Shown here: piece after piece, positions 1 through 11,823 of the stretch
Layout: each line of letters opens with the position of its first letter
Numbering within the stretch: the stretch's first letter is position 1
Source of the DNA: Psammoneis japonica
Taxonomy: Eukaryota
Length of the DNA: 64,000 nucleotides
Direction of reading: 5' to 3'
NCBI GenBank assembly: GCA_008632985.1
Contig: QPGO01000008.1
Span: 600,979 to 664,978, forward strand
Translations under genes and position numbers: made by a program
The notes under the pieces: model-generated
Told to the model about the DNA's origin: nothing
Database searches by the model: none
The model's input: the letters and a program-made list of their open reading frames with translations, nothing else

Positions 1-236
1 AGCCATTTCCCTTCCCTCTGCACTTGCTGAGTCTTCGCCATCACTGTCGCCGGCACTGCTGCAGATGATGAGGTTTGAGCGACGACAACAGTACCCCAAG
101 AGTGACCGCTAGTCGAGCTCGCAGTGGCATGCTGTCTGCAGCGAAGCGAATCCACTGCAAGAAAGCCTTTCGCTCTCCATCCACAACACGTAATAAGCAA
201 AAGGGAGACAATCAGTGCTCGTATCATGAGTGTCAT
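1..236 (-). CDS. 5' end of a hypothetical, probably plastid-targeted protein running off the window edge; possible frameshift
   Basis: ATG at 236 gives MTLMIRALIVSLLLITCCGWRAKGFLAV (signal peptide, then G-F). The downstream part reads more protein-like in another frame (RRSNLIICSSAGDSDGEDSASAEGREMA). Confidence 0.35.
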   Translation of the reverse strand, partial: MTLMIRALIVSLLLITCCGWRAKGFLAVDSLRCRQHATASSTSGHSWGTVVVAQTSSSAAVPATVMAKTQQVQREGKW

Positions 237-2288
237 TAGTGTTGGGCCATTTACGATTTGTTTGCGCTGTTTACATTGGCAATTCCGACGACTTTCTCGT
301 CATTCGTCATGTTGTCATGTTGGTTGCTCGGATGGAACGAACTCCGAGCTCCACAGAACGATCAGTCGGCTGAGTCATCGTCATGGCTGAAAATGACGAT
401 GACGTCATGGCCCCGATTTTATTTATTTGTGCAGGTTCGCGCAAAAAAGTGAAAAGTGAAAAGGCACCACAAAGAAAACGTTCACATCACAACATCATGC
501 GTTTCTTTCTCACACTGTGAAAATGAAACCAGGAAATTGCCAAAAAACATCGAATCACCAGCATAGACAAGCAAGCATCAGTGACAACAAGAAGCCACAT
601 GATGAACAACACACTGTCTGGGGAGGCTGCAGACGTGACAAACAAAAAATCAGAAAAAGCGCTGCACAATGTCGAGCGTCACAAGCTCAGGACAAGCAAC
701 AAGCAACAAGCGCCAGTGACGGGGCAAGAAGCCACAATGCAATGAACAACACATTGTTCAAGGAGCTTGGATTGGTGACATGGAGGCCATGCCGAATGTC
801 ACTTCTTTTGCATCTTGAACTTTTGCAGGTCAAAAAAGAAGAGCACCACACCACACCATGAAGAAAAGATGAAAAAGACGACAATGGCCAGCTCGGCGAG
901 TCCCCGCCATCCCTGGTGCTCACAAGCCCACACTGTTCTGATGCCATTGACAACTCATTTGCACTTGGGCAATGCCCCATTGAGATTGAGCTCTTGGAAG
1001 AAGAGAAGCCAAACTGTGCATGCTGGCACAGTGAGCTCAACGTCAGCCAGTTTTTTCTTTGTGAAAAAACAGTCACACGCAGCATTTGCCAGATGATGTC
1101 GGCCAACAAGAGAGACCACTGTTGCTTTGATTTGGCAGCAACTTAGATGGTGAGTGCAATGAATCCACCTTTGAAGCAGATGAATGTTGAAATCTAAAGC
1201 GTTTGTGATCCACTGTGTTTTGGGCCACTGACGATGCCAAGAACAACGTGGCTGGTCATGCAAGGCAAAGATGGGTGCCAATTTGCTGGAAGATCTCTCT
1301 TTCTTTGCAACCCAAGGAAGAATGACACAGCAACACATGAGATGACAAACAATTGAGCAAAAAGACTGGTTCACAACAATTGATGAGCAAGCATCTCTGG
1401 ACACAACAGCTGCAAGAAAATCCTTGTCTCCAACCCATCTGGCATGTCATGTCAAGGGTCTCTTGTTCTTTGTTTTGCTTTTCATGATGTGCTCAGCTAA
1501 AGATTGCAGCTCTTCTTTCACAATCACCATGACTGCAGAGGCACAGCCAGTTGTTGGGTGAATGCCCCCCCTTTCTGCATGTTGCTTGTCCTGAGGAACT
1601 CAGCAGACCTGTGGCACAAAGTTTGTTTGCTTTGGCAGAGCTGCTGGTCATCTCACAGTGGTGCGTGGAACACTGAGCACTGTCAAGGGCATTCACAACT
1701 CTTTTTGAATCATTTTTGTCAAACCATTTGTTTGACAGAGCATTCATGACTCAACTCAACAAGAGTTGCCAAAAAAGGCCAAAGTTGGCCATGTTGGGGG
1801 TGTGACGTCAATTTTGCAAAGCAGTGCTCTGCAAACCACATTGAACGCTGCTGCCGCAACTGTGCACAAGAGCCACCCAATGTTGTGATTTCAGTGCAAA
1901 GAGACAAGGTGGGAAAGCATGTGAGTCAAGACAGCAACTTGTCATGTCTCAGAGACCCCCATCTCTCATTGCACCATCACAGCAGCACAGACAAGGTGCA
2001 ATGTGCCCACTCTGCCATTGAGAAGCCAGCATCCAGCTGACAGGTTGTCACAACAAGGGTGCAAGCATCATGGAGAGCACTTGTCTTTGTTGCTGATGAT
2101 GCACACCATGGAGCTGGCGAAAGAACTCCACTCCACCAGCTGCAACAATCAAGAACAGCAGCTGGGGGAGCTGCTGCCCATGAAAGATGATGAAGACATT
2201 GCAGAAACTTGCCACACATGTTGTTTCTTCATTTGCATGATGTTGAACATGCTGAGATTTGCCATGAGAGAAAAAATTGTTGACTTTG

Positions 2289-2321
<33 letters not shown>

Positions 2322-4099
2322 TTGGTCATTTTGCCAAAGAGCCGACAACATTCAAAAGTGCCGTTGTCATTGAAAAGATTTGAATGCTCTCCAAGATGCT
2401 TTCTCTTCTCCTGTCTGTCTCTTGCCCTGCAGCCCAGCTTCAGTTTTGGGAGAGGCACTTTACAAGTGCTGTTGCTCTCAAAGCCATCTCCACATCTGGG
2501 ATGCCAACAATCCAGGTGTCACACATTCTGTCAAGAATTTTCAAATTAAAGCCCCAGGCAAATTCTCCATTTAATCCAAGAATGTGTCGATTTGTCAAAT
2601 CTGCATTTGTGAGCTGTTCCACAACAAATGTTTTCATTCTTGAATGAAGTCAATGTGATTCTCTGCCACATGGACAAGACTGCAATGCAGTTTGTGTTCA
2701 TGCCAAGTCCTGAATGAAGTGCAACCCACTTTCCTGGATCCAAAACTCCACAGTCATGCACCAAGTTCTTGCTCCAAATTTTTTGCTCTCTGTTGTTGCC
2801 ATTCTTTGTTTTTGTGCAATGCTCCCCCATGTTGCACTTTTCATTTGCTTTTAACTTGTGGTTGCTCCTGCTCTTTGCTGAGTGATTGCTGCATGGTGTG
2901 ATTGATGTTTGCTTTTGGTGCATTCCTTCCATCACATTGTCACCTTGACATTTCTCCAACACGCTTCATTGGTGATGCAGTCTGATGGTCTTGTTTGTCC
3001 CTGATGCAAATGTTCTGGGTTTGGTTCCAAGTGTGGTCTTAGTCAGCACATTGCCACCAACTGCCTCTTTTCTGTGTGTCCAACCAAGTCTTTTGTTTGT
3101 CTGTGTTGCAAACAACATGGTTTTGACTCAGAATCCAGGTGCAGCATCACCTTTCTCAGCACTGCACTGCTTCTGCTGTTCTCCCTTTGCCAGGAACACA
3201 GTCACACTCAAGAACTGAAATGTTGCCCCTGTTTGGTTGGACATTGGCTGCTTCACTTCCTTGGGATGCTGCCTTTGTTGCCTCTCTTGGGTCCAACACC
3301 AATGGACCCACATGTCCCCATTGCCAAGCTCCCTTTTCCAACGTTGCCCTGCATCTCCAGAAGCATGCACCCTGCTGCAAGAAAGAGGAAGCATCCCTTC
3401 AATGCTCTGCTGCTGTTTCAATGCCGTCAATCCACCCCCCCCCCCCCCCCAACAATGACACTTTTGGCGACAATGATGATGACTCAATGTTTGGTTTTCC
3501 CCTTCCTGAAGTCCATTTGAGTCCAGATCCACCTTCTCCTGTGCACTCTGACAATGTTTCTTCTGTCTGCTCCCCCTCTGCTGGAAACTGTCTGCACCCT
3601 CCTGTCAGATGCTTGGCTCACTCAACTGCCACTGCCAATGCAGTGCTGTGAACACCTGCCAATTTACCTTGTTTGTCAACAATGGTGGTGTGTCTGCCCT
3701 TGGAGAGGACAGACCTGTGGATGTTCCCAAGTTCATCACAGCTGATTGTCTTGGCAGCAATTTGGGTCCTCCCTTGATGTCACATCCAGCAGAAGATGCA
3801 GCTCTCCCTCCTGTCTGCATTGACTTGGCTGCAGATTGCTCATTTGATCCTGAGAATCCACTGGGACTGACATGTGACTTTGCCCCTGATGAGGACTTTG
3901 ATGTTCCCTCCTTTGGTCCACTCGCCATGCACTGTGCCCATGGTTTGGCTGTTGCATCTCTGTTGTTGGTCAGGTGTTGCAATTGCATGCAGAAAAAAGT
4001 TTGGATTTGACAGAGCCTCCCACTGTGACTCCTGTGGCAATGCATTGACTTCTGGAGTGTGCTTTCCTGACATCCCTTTCCCCACACTGCTGTTGTGAT

Positions 4100-5300
4100 T
4101 CTCCAGTGCAACAATCCAACACAATGACAGAAGCATGGCCCCAAATGCCATTGTTCCCCACCTTTCCCAGTTTGCAGTTTTGCCAAGACTCTGCAAGATC
4201 TGCTCACCAAGCCAGTTTTCTGTGATCTTTCAAAGTTGCAGGCAAATCCAAACAATCAATGTTTGGTCACCTTGTGAGCTGCCTCCTTTTGACAGTGATT
4301 TAGATCCTGATGCTGCCCATCAGGGTGGCAACATTTGGTTTCCACAGTGTCCTGGTGACTGGCAATTGTTGACTCAAAGTCAAGACATGGGAGATGGAGA
4401 GTGGCTGCAACATTGTTCCAATGCTCAGGAATCTGTGCCCAATTTCCAGCATCACCTTGTCAATTGTTCTGACAAGACTGGAGTCAATGCAGTCAATCAA
4501 GCCTCTCATGTGCTCACTTGCAATTGCTCAAGAACATGCTTGTCATGATTGTTGTTGCTGGTGTCCTTTTGGTTTCATTCCGAATGTGGACAAGAAGGAC
4601 AAGTCTGGGCACCTTGTTGTTGCCAATTGTTGCCTCATTCTAAAGTCAGTTCTTTGTGGACTGTTTCATTGCCAGGCCAATGCACCCATTGTCATGCAAT
4701 CATTGGAGCAGAGCACTGGCCTGTCAGAACCACAGTGCACTGCAATTCCCTGTTGGGTGACATCCTCAATCAAGAACAAATTTGTGGCAGAGTCATGAGC
4801 CAAAGCAAGACCGAGCAACTGTCTCACAACTGCCATGTGCCCTCATCCCTTTCAGACAATCAAGATCCCCTTCATGTGCTTGCAAGTTCTTTCACCAAGC
4901 TTTGTCAAGTTGCTTGTTCCATCTGATTTGGGACCAGACCCCAAGGACGACAACAGAAGCCGGTGTTGGCATCAGTTGTTGAAGCATGTTTCAACAAAGC
5001 ACCATGCAATGACCACACAGAAAAGGGAGAGAAGGAGCTTTCTTCCCTCTGTTGGCACATGAAAATGTGTGCCAAAATGCCAAGGAAAGTGTTTGGACAG
5101 CATGCAGTTGACAATGCTCATCAATGAAACTGAAAGTGCTGTTGGGCCGACTGCCAAACAGGGGTGGGTGGCCCAAAACCTTGGCACCAAAGTAAAAACA
5201 ACTCTCCCTCCATGTGATTGTGCGCCACCGCCAGCAACATGACCAAATTGATGCTTGGTCTCAGGCATGTGATGGCAGCAATTGCAGCAGTTCACTGCAA
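4100..5300 (+). mobile_element. Degenerate Plavaka-like DNA transposase relic (frameshifted, hypermutated)
   Basis: Ordered fragments SFAKTLQDLL..NPNN, GEW, SDKTG, IKPLMCSLAI..WCPFGFIPN, LKSVLCGL..Q, LLGDILNQEQICGR..LSHNC..SDN resemble recalled Plavaka transposase motifs (DKT, LEPxMFTL, WRPLGFIP, IGDxxxxDKLCGR, LCRxC). Confidence 0.55.
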
Positions 5301-6274
5301 CCATGTTCACTTGACACCTGCATTGATTTCAACAATGTGATGGGAAACAGATGGTGTGTCAATTTGTGGTGAAGTGGACTGGTGAATCATGCACGCAGAT
5401 GTGCATCATTTGGATGTTTGCGGTCACTCCATTTGGGTGGCAGTGATGGCAGTTGGAGATGCAAGCAGTGCATTTGTGTTGGGATGAATGAGATTGTGGA
5501 GCATTGGTGGAACAAGGGTGTTGGAAATGAGGAGGGAACAACCCAGTTAGTTGTTGATGAAATGTTTTACAGGAAAAGTTGCAGAATTTAAATCACACAA
5601 AATGTGCACTGGTGCATGTGTGTGGCTCACATTGGAGCACTGGAGCACAGTTCAAAACAGTGGTGGGTTTTGAAAATTTCAAATGTCAAGTTAGAAACAT
5701 GCTCACAAATCTGATGCAGTGGCCTGTTTGAATGAATCTGGGAGAAGCAAGCAACGGCAACACAGAGAAGATCACTTGCAAAGTGCATTCATTTCATGAC
5801 TTCTTGAGTCACAACAAACCAGGTGGAGTGCAGCAAACAGTGCAACACAAGAGCTGCCTGTTGGAAGGAAAGAAGATGGAGGAGATGGTTGTCACAGGAG
5901 TGACAATGCAAGATGGTGGCAGTGCAACATCAAGCAGTGAGTTGGGTTGAAGAGGGCAGGACAAAGAACAACAGCTGCACTGACAAATTAGAGTTGGCTG
6001 CTTTGGTGTGCTTTGCAGTCACCATGAGGAGTCCTGCAGCAGCAGGGGCTCTTCAATGTGTGAACAAACAAGTGCAGGGAATTGAGCCAACTCCAGTCAG
6101 TGGGTGGGGGGCGGGGACTCAAGTTCTGTTGTGACACCAGCAGAGGGATGTCATGCAATGGATCAAGCTCCAGCAGTTGGCAAGAATTTGACAGGGTCCA
6201 TGTTGATGAAGGTGGTCAATGAAAGTGTGCAGACATGTCACAAGCTCACAATCTTTGGCAGATGACTCACCACG

Positions 6275-7000
6275 GTGGAAGGAGAGTGCATGAAAATGGC
6301 TCTGCAGGAGTTGAGGAGCATGGCATCTGTGCTGGAGGCATTCTGGGATGCATGCCAAGAGGCACTCAGGAAAAAACTCAACCACAAAAGGAACAATGTG
6401 CAGGACAATGCAAGGAGGAGGATGAAAGGCAAGCAACACAGTGCAGGCATTCAACAGACAGGATCATCTGATGGGCCAAGTGTGGGTTCCATTGTTTTCA
6501 TCAATGCAGTTGCTGCTTTGGAGGGGTCACTGGTTGAGTGAGAAAATTTGATCAAGGGCAGGGCTGACAAAGACATGCGCACATGGCTCTTGGAAATGGC
6601 CATGCCAACTGTGGTGGGCCAAGCACAGTTTGGCAGAAGCATGACCAGTTTGCTCCAAGAGGGACATGCCATGTCATTGGAGGCCTTTGCTCTGCTGGCA
6701 TGCTTGAGCCACTGTGACAAGGTGGTCAACATGGTGGAAAAATTGGAGAAGGATGATGACATTGCAAGGCACAGAAAGCTGATGACAAAAGATGCTGCAG
6801 CTGCAAAGTGCACGGCAATGGCAAAGGGGGATTGGCCAAGAGGAACCAAGGATGGAGCAAGGAGGGGATCAAGAAGCACAATGAACTGTGTGAATGGGCA
6901 AAGAAAGACCAAGAGGACAATGAAGGTTTCAGTGCATGGTTCAAGGAATGGAGGCAAGAGAAGGTGAACTTGTCTCCAAGGAGGCAGAGAAGAAATGCAA
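6275..7000 (+). pseudogene. Degenerate transposon-associated ORF (EAFALL...GWSxEGxxxYNxL...VxxDR type)
   Basis: SLEAFALL and GWSKEGIKKHNELCEWAKKDQE. Reverting CA/TG to TA and CA to CG gives WSKEGIKKYNELYEWVKKDRE, a motif I recall from repetitive diatom ORFs near Plavaka-type transposases. Confidence 0.45.
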
Positions 7001-9649
7001 GAGAGAGGAGAAAAGGAAGGAGAGAGAGAGGATGGATGGGGTGCACTGATGGGAGAGGACCTGCTGCACACAAGGCCAGTGGCTGCCTGCAATGACACAG
7101 AAGCAATTGCAGCCATGGCCAACAAACCAAACTGGTGTGTGAATGCAAACTGCAGCAAATGACAAAATCTGGAACATGGCAAAACCAAAGAGGCAAACTG
7201 CAATGCAATTGTCAGTCAAGAACAAATGGCAGTTGCAACATTTGCTTTCAAAACAACAGAAAGAGACAAAATGCAGAAGGATGTCACAGACAAAGATGGT
7301 GGAACATGTGCAGCAAGAGATGTGATGAAGGAATGAGGAACAGCAAATGTTGAAATTGTGGGCAAGAACATTCACACTTCAAAGTGGGGTGCAAATTTAG
7401 AATCAAAAAGCTCACAAACTTGGTCAGCTCTGAACTGACATTGCAAGGAAGACTTGGCTCACAAGTTCACAACAATCTGGGAGATTGCAGTCAAGAAATG
7501 CCCAGATTGTGACAGGTGGTCAGACCCAGATTGTTGGCATCCTGCTTTGCCAGTTGTTGGAGTTGAGCACATGCTGCTTCTCTTGATCATCTCTGTGTGA
7601 GCAGTGTGCTGAACTGTCTTTGACACAAATGGTGCAAACAACAAGTGAGAAATGTGATGGCATGCACATCCAGTGAAATTTTGCTGAGCTGCAAGTGTGA
7701 CAACAACAATTGAGAGGCTCTGTGATGGCTGAGATGCAGCAAATGCACAAGTGACCATCACTGCAGCTGTGGACCAGACATTGGAAATGGAGACTTTTCA
7801 ATTGCCAGATGCACAAAACCATTGTCAAAGGTGCCGAGAGACAAAAATGTGGCAGGGGCTGAGTGTCTCAGTGGTGCAGTTGTTTCAGATTTTGGATTGG
7901 CAACATTTGAATGCCCAAACTTGTGACACTTGTCATGGCACAAACACAGCTCCAAAAGGAGCCAAAAATCAGGGCTGAGCAACATCAGTCACAAACTCAA
8001 AAATCAAGCTCTGGACAATCTGGAGTTTTGCAACATGGACTTGAGTGCAGCCTGGTGAAAGTTCTGAGCCCAAGTGCACATTTTTTGTCAGCGTTGTCAA
8101 TTGCACCAACCCTCCAGGGCTTGTCTTTGTGTTGCTGAAGCATCACAGGAAGCATGGAATGAACACATGATCATGTGACTTGGCCAAGAAGGTTGTGTCA
8201 GCAGTCCAAAAGAGACAAGTCACAGAGTCAACAAAGGAGCACAAATCTGCCTGCAGCATTTCAAGCTGGGAGGCAGTGGCTGCATTGATTTCTGCTGATC
8301 ATTCTGTGCCTGCACTTTCACCAATGACACAAGGGTCAACAGCACTGGCCCAGGTTTTCCCAGCTCACAGTGGTTTGGTCCCAGCAGCCATTCAGCCAGT
8401 GGGAATGGATTTGAACAGATTGAGATTGTGGCAACAAGTTGCTGTAGATGGAGTTAAAAAAGGGATAAAAAGAGGACAACTCTGCACCAACATGAGAGCT
8501 GCAATTGCTCAAAAGTCAACAACAGTTGTTGTGGCACTGATCTAGAGGCAAAGCAGGGGTGGCAGTGCAGAGCAACCCCCCAGGGCCCCTGCAATGTGTG
8601 CTGACATCAGCAGGGCGGTGCAACTGATGGTGACCAACATCCAGCAGGGTGGCTGGGCTGTGGCTGAATGCCACATCTTTGCATGTCAAGAGACACAGAT
8701 CCTCTGCTTTTGTTTGAGGATGTGCGGGAATGTGATTTTCCTGCTCTGACTTTGTGCTGTGCAACATCCTGGTTGCTGCTGTCCTTTCTGCCCGGTGCAG
8801 CGGATGTGTCAGGATGGAGCACACATGAAGGCAACTGTGTCCATGATTGCAGCACAGCTGAAAAACTGACCACAGCTGTGGCATCACATGAGCCACATGA
8901 GAGACATGTGAGCACAGCAGCCAACCCTGGTGCAGCAAAACTGTGGCTGATCAGAAGACCATGGAAGCCAAGAGAGACCCACATCACCACCACATCAACT
9001 TGCTTGTGAGTGAGAAGCCTGGTGCGTGACAGCTGGTCTTGGTCAAGTTAGGAGTTGCAAAGCTGTGTCAGAGAAGCTCTGGATGATCTTACAAATTTTT
9101 TGAGTTTAGCTCAGCAGCACCCCAGACCTTTTTTCCTTCATGCTGAATCTCTTTTTGAGGCACAGTCTGCAGCCCTGGAAGAACAGCCATGTGTCCCTTG
9201 TGGGGGCAGGAGCATCATCCAGCACCTCTTTGCAAGCAGGAGGATTGTCAGACCACCTGTTGGTTGATGCATGTGCCTTCTGGAGCAGAAGTGCTTGTCG
9301 GCTCTCCAGGCTTGAACACGCCTTGTGTGGAAACATGCACTTTGCCCCCTCGCTCTTTGTTGTTTGCTCAAAGGCTGCCATGCTCAGGGATCTGCTGCCC
9401 CATGCCGTGGTTGTCCCCACTGCAGTTGCTCCCAACAACAACTTTGTCATCCTTGTGACAGTTGGTCTTGTTTGGCCAGCAGATTGTCTGGGCTGGGCTG
9501 GCGGGGACGGCACCTCTTGTGTCAGCGTTCAGAGGTGGTGGGTGTCTCACAGCAGCCAGCTGGGCCATTCCAGCTCACCTTGCCATCTCCATCATTCTCT
9601 GTTTCTTTTTGTTCCTCCTCATTGTGGTCAAAATCATTTTTGGTTGGCA

Positions 9650-10023
9650 TCATGGTCCAAAAAGCCAGGCAAGGGGCTCCTCCTTGTTTCCACCCCACGG
9701 AGGAATGACCCCACGACACATCATGATTGTCCTCTCAAGCATCAGCACATGATCACAGTGACTTGGGGAGGCTTGGCAAGGAAGATGAGGAGAGTTGGAA
9801 GGGAAAATTTGAACACCATGTACACAACAGGGTTCCAGGAAGTCTCTGTTGCAAGGATCAAGGCCCAACGAAAACTGAAGGGGAACGAATCAGAATCAAT
9901 CTCCAAATCATCGTCAAGCATTTTGGTTGGTCTGACAGTTGCACGTGCAGAGCTCGAAAGCCACCGCACGCAAGAGAAGCGGACAGAACTGGAACGAATG
10001 AAGCGAAGCAGCGGCATATCCAT
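9650..10023 (-). pseudogene. Candidate host gene head (mitochondrial-presequence-like) decaying into block A
   Basis: MDMPLLRFIRSSSVRFSCVRWLSSSAR lies head-to-head with the UCH gene. CpG-rich at the 5' end and progressively TA/CG-poor downstream. Confidence 0.3.
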
Positions 10024-10152
10024 AGCATCATCAATCGAACCGATAGGGCCCTACTTACTCTAGAGAGGAAACCTTACTACGACGTTCGATCTCGTCTGTG
10101 TCGCTTCCTCCTGTTGTAGTGTTCTCGTCCTGCTTTCACATACCACCGCAGA

Positions 10153-10851
10153 ATGTCGTCTGAAAATCCAGAGCAAACAAAGCAGTTCGCCTGGCCGCCT
10201 CTGGAAAGCAATCCGGAAGTGTTTACCGATTACATGCACAAGATTGGCTTAAGTCCAAACTGTGCCATTGGTGAAGTCTACGGTTTTGACGAAGAACTCT
10301 TGGCGTTTTTGCCCCAGCCCATATATGCAATTATCGTCGCTTTCGAACGCGATCGACGGTCAGATGTGAAAAAGGGCGACGCCGCGAATATTTCGCTTGT
10401 GAACTTTTACATGGATCAAAGCGGTACTCTGGACAATGCCTGCGGTATTATTGCCTGTATTCACGCCTCCCTAAACAGCGATGCGGTCGACATTTTGCCA
10501 GACAGCGTACTGGACAAGTTTCTAAAGGAGAACGCCACTACGACGCCGGCCGAACGCTGCAGCTCGCTGGAGAACAACACAGCCTTTAAGGAGATGCACC
10601 GTGGATTCGCCATGAAGGGGCAGTCGCAAGCCATCACAAGTGATCAGAGTAAGGTAAAGCATCATTATGTCGCTTTTGTTGTGAAACACGGAAAACTTAT
10701 TGAACTAGACGGGACCAAGAAAGGGCCGAATGTCATTGGAGATTGTGACGATGTTTTGCGTGGGACAATCGCCGAGATCCAGAAGCGAATCGCCAGCGGA
10801 GACATTTCAGAGTCCCTCAGCATGATGACGCTCAACGCTGCCTTTAACTGA
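10153..10851 (+). CDS. UCHL3: Ubiquitin C-terminal hydrolase, peptidase C12 (UCH-L3-like), 232 aa, intronless
   Basis: WPPLESNPEVF, Q..LDNACG (catalytic Cys), HYVAFV (His), LIELDG (Asp). Confidence 0.93.
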   Translation: MSSENPEQTKQFAWPPLESNPEVFTDYMHKIGLSPNCAIGEVYGFDEELLAFLPQPIYAIIVAFERDRRSDVKKGDAANISLVNFYMDQSGTLDNACGIIACIHASLNSDAVDILPDSVLDKFLKENATTTPAERCSSLENNTAFKEMHRGFAMKGQSQAITSDQSKVKHHYVAFVVKHGKLIELDGTKKGPNVIGDCDDVLRGTIAEIQKRIASGDISESLSMMTLNAAFN

Positions 10852-11823
10852 GCAAGGGGGAAGCAACCCGTTTTAGGTGGAGCATACAGAAGCGAGGTTC
10901 TGAGTTCTGACGGAGGCGAAAGGCAAGTAAGAGTGTATCATGTGGTACTTCAAAGTTTTCCTACGGTAAATACTTCCGTCCTCCCAATGATTCAAAATGA
11001 CAAACCGAGAGGCGTCAACTGTAGCAGCTTTGACCTCCTTCCCAACGGTCGGGGAGTTCTTGGAAGGAACTGCTGTGGTTGGGATTGATTTTAATGTCAA
11101 CAGGAACTTTTGCTTTCTTTGGTATAGATGGGCAATGTATTCTCATCTCTTGGCACGGGAATCTCCACAATGTGGTTGGTCTCTTGAGATTCGGAAGTGT
11201 CGTATATGGCGCCAGTTGCCCATCCATACGGAGCTACTTGGCGTCGCTGTTGCAGCTGTTCGTTTATTCTTCTCTCTTGGCACTCTGTCACAAGGGGGGG
11301 TTTAACGGCAGGTGAACTCGCGTCGATGGCTTTGCGTGTTCTTTGGGTAATTGTGAGGCTGTACACTCCTCCGTTGGCACTGGGAACTCCACATTTGTGG
11401 TTGGTCTCTTGTCAGTAGTGTAGAATACGGCGTTCAGCTGCTATTGAGGGGAAGCTTTGTTTTTGTTGCCGTCGATTTCGACTATTCCTTGGACTCCAAC
11501 AATTGAACGTCGACCTTTGGTTGCCGTTTCCTTTGTAGGAATCTTGGATGAGCTGATGGTCGCAATGGATTATGAGATATGAGGGAGGATGGAAGAGTAC
11601 TGACATAGTACGAGTACCTGTAACTTCACGGCGTAATCCTTTGACTCACGCTTTCTGTTTGTCTCGTTTCTTGTGTTCACGATAGGAGCCACGCAACGAC
11701 GATGCTTGCTAAGACATTCTTTAGTACACTACTACTGCTTGGAAACGACGTACGCTAAACATTTGGAAAAGGTCGTTATATGAAACAATAGACTACTAAT
11801 ACACTCTAATAGTGAAGGGCGTC

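Larger units (their letters stand above)
480..9990. other. Hypermutated block A (TpA- and CpG-depleted, TpG/CpA-rich) containing degenerate repeats
   Basis: Only about 26 TA dinucleotides found by eye between 600 and 9900. Six-frame ORFs are Cys/His/Gln-rich and nearly Tyr-free. Boundaries are approximate. Confidence 0.9.

Noticed and set aside
3434..3450. Poly-C/G runs (also ~18800 and ~62505) and (CT)n at ~2289-2320
   Set aside because: Simple homopolymers or microsatellites with no further structure.
480..9990. Dozens of Cys/His-rich ORFs resembling metal-binding or zinc-finger proteins
   Set aside because: They are a by-product of TA/CG->TG/CA conversion and loss of TAA/TAG stops. They overlap in all frames and show no coherent domains.
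10873..11606. Short minus-strand ORFs and a 16-bp direct repeat (11171-11186, 11396-11411) between UCH and P4H-1
   Set aside because: No recognisable domain or consistent gene model; may be UTR or a decayed gene.
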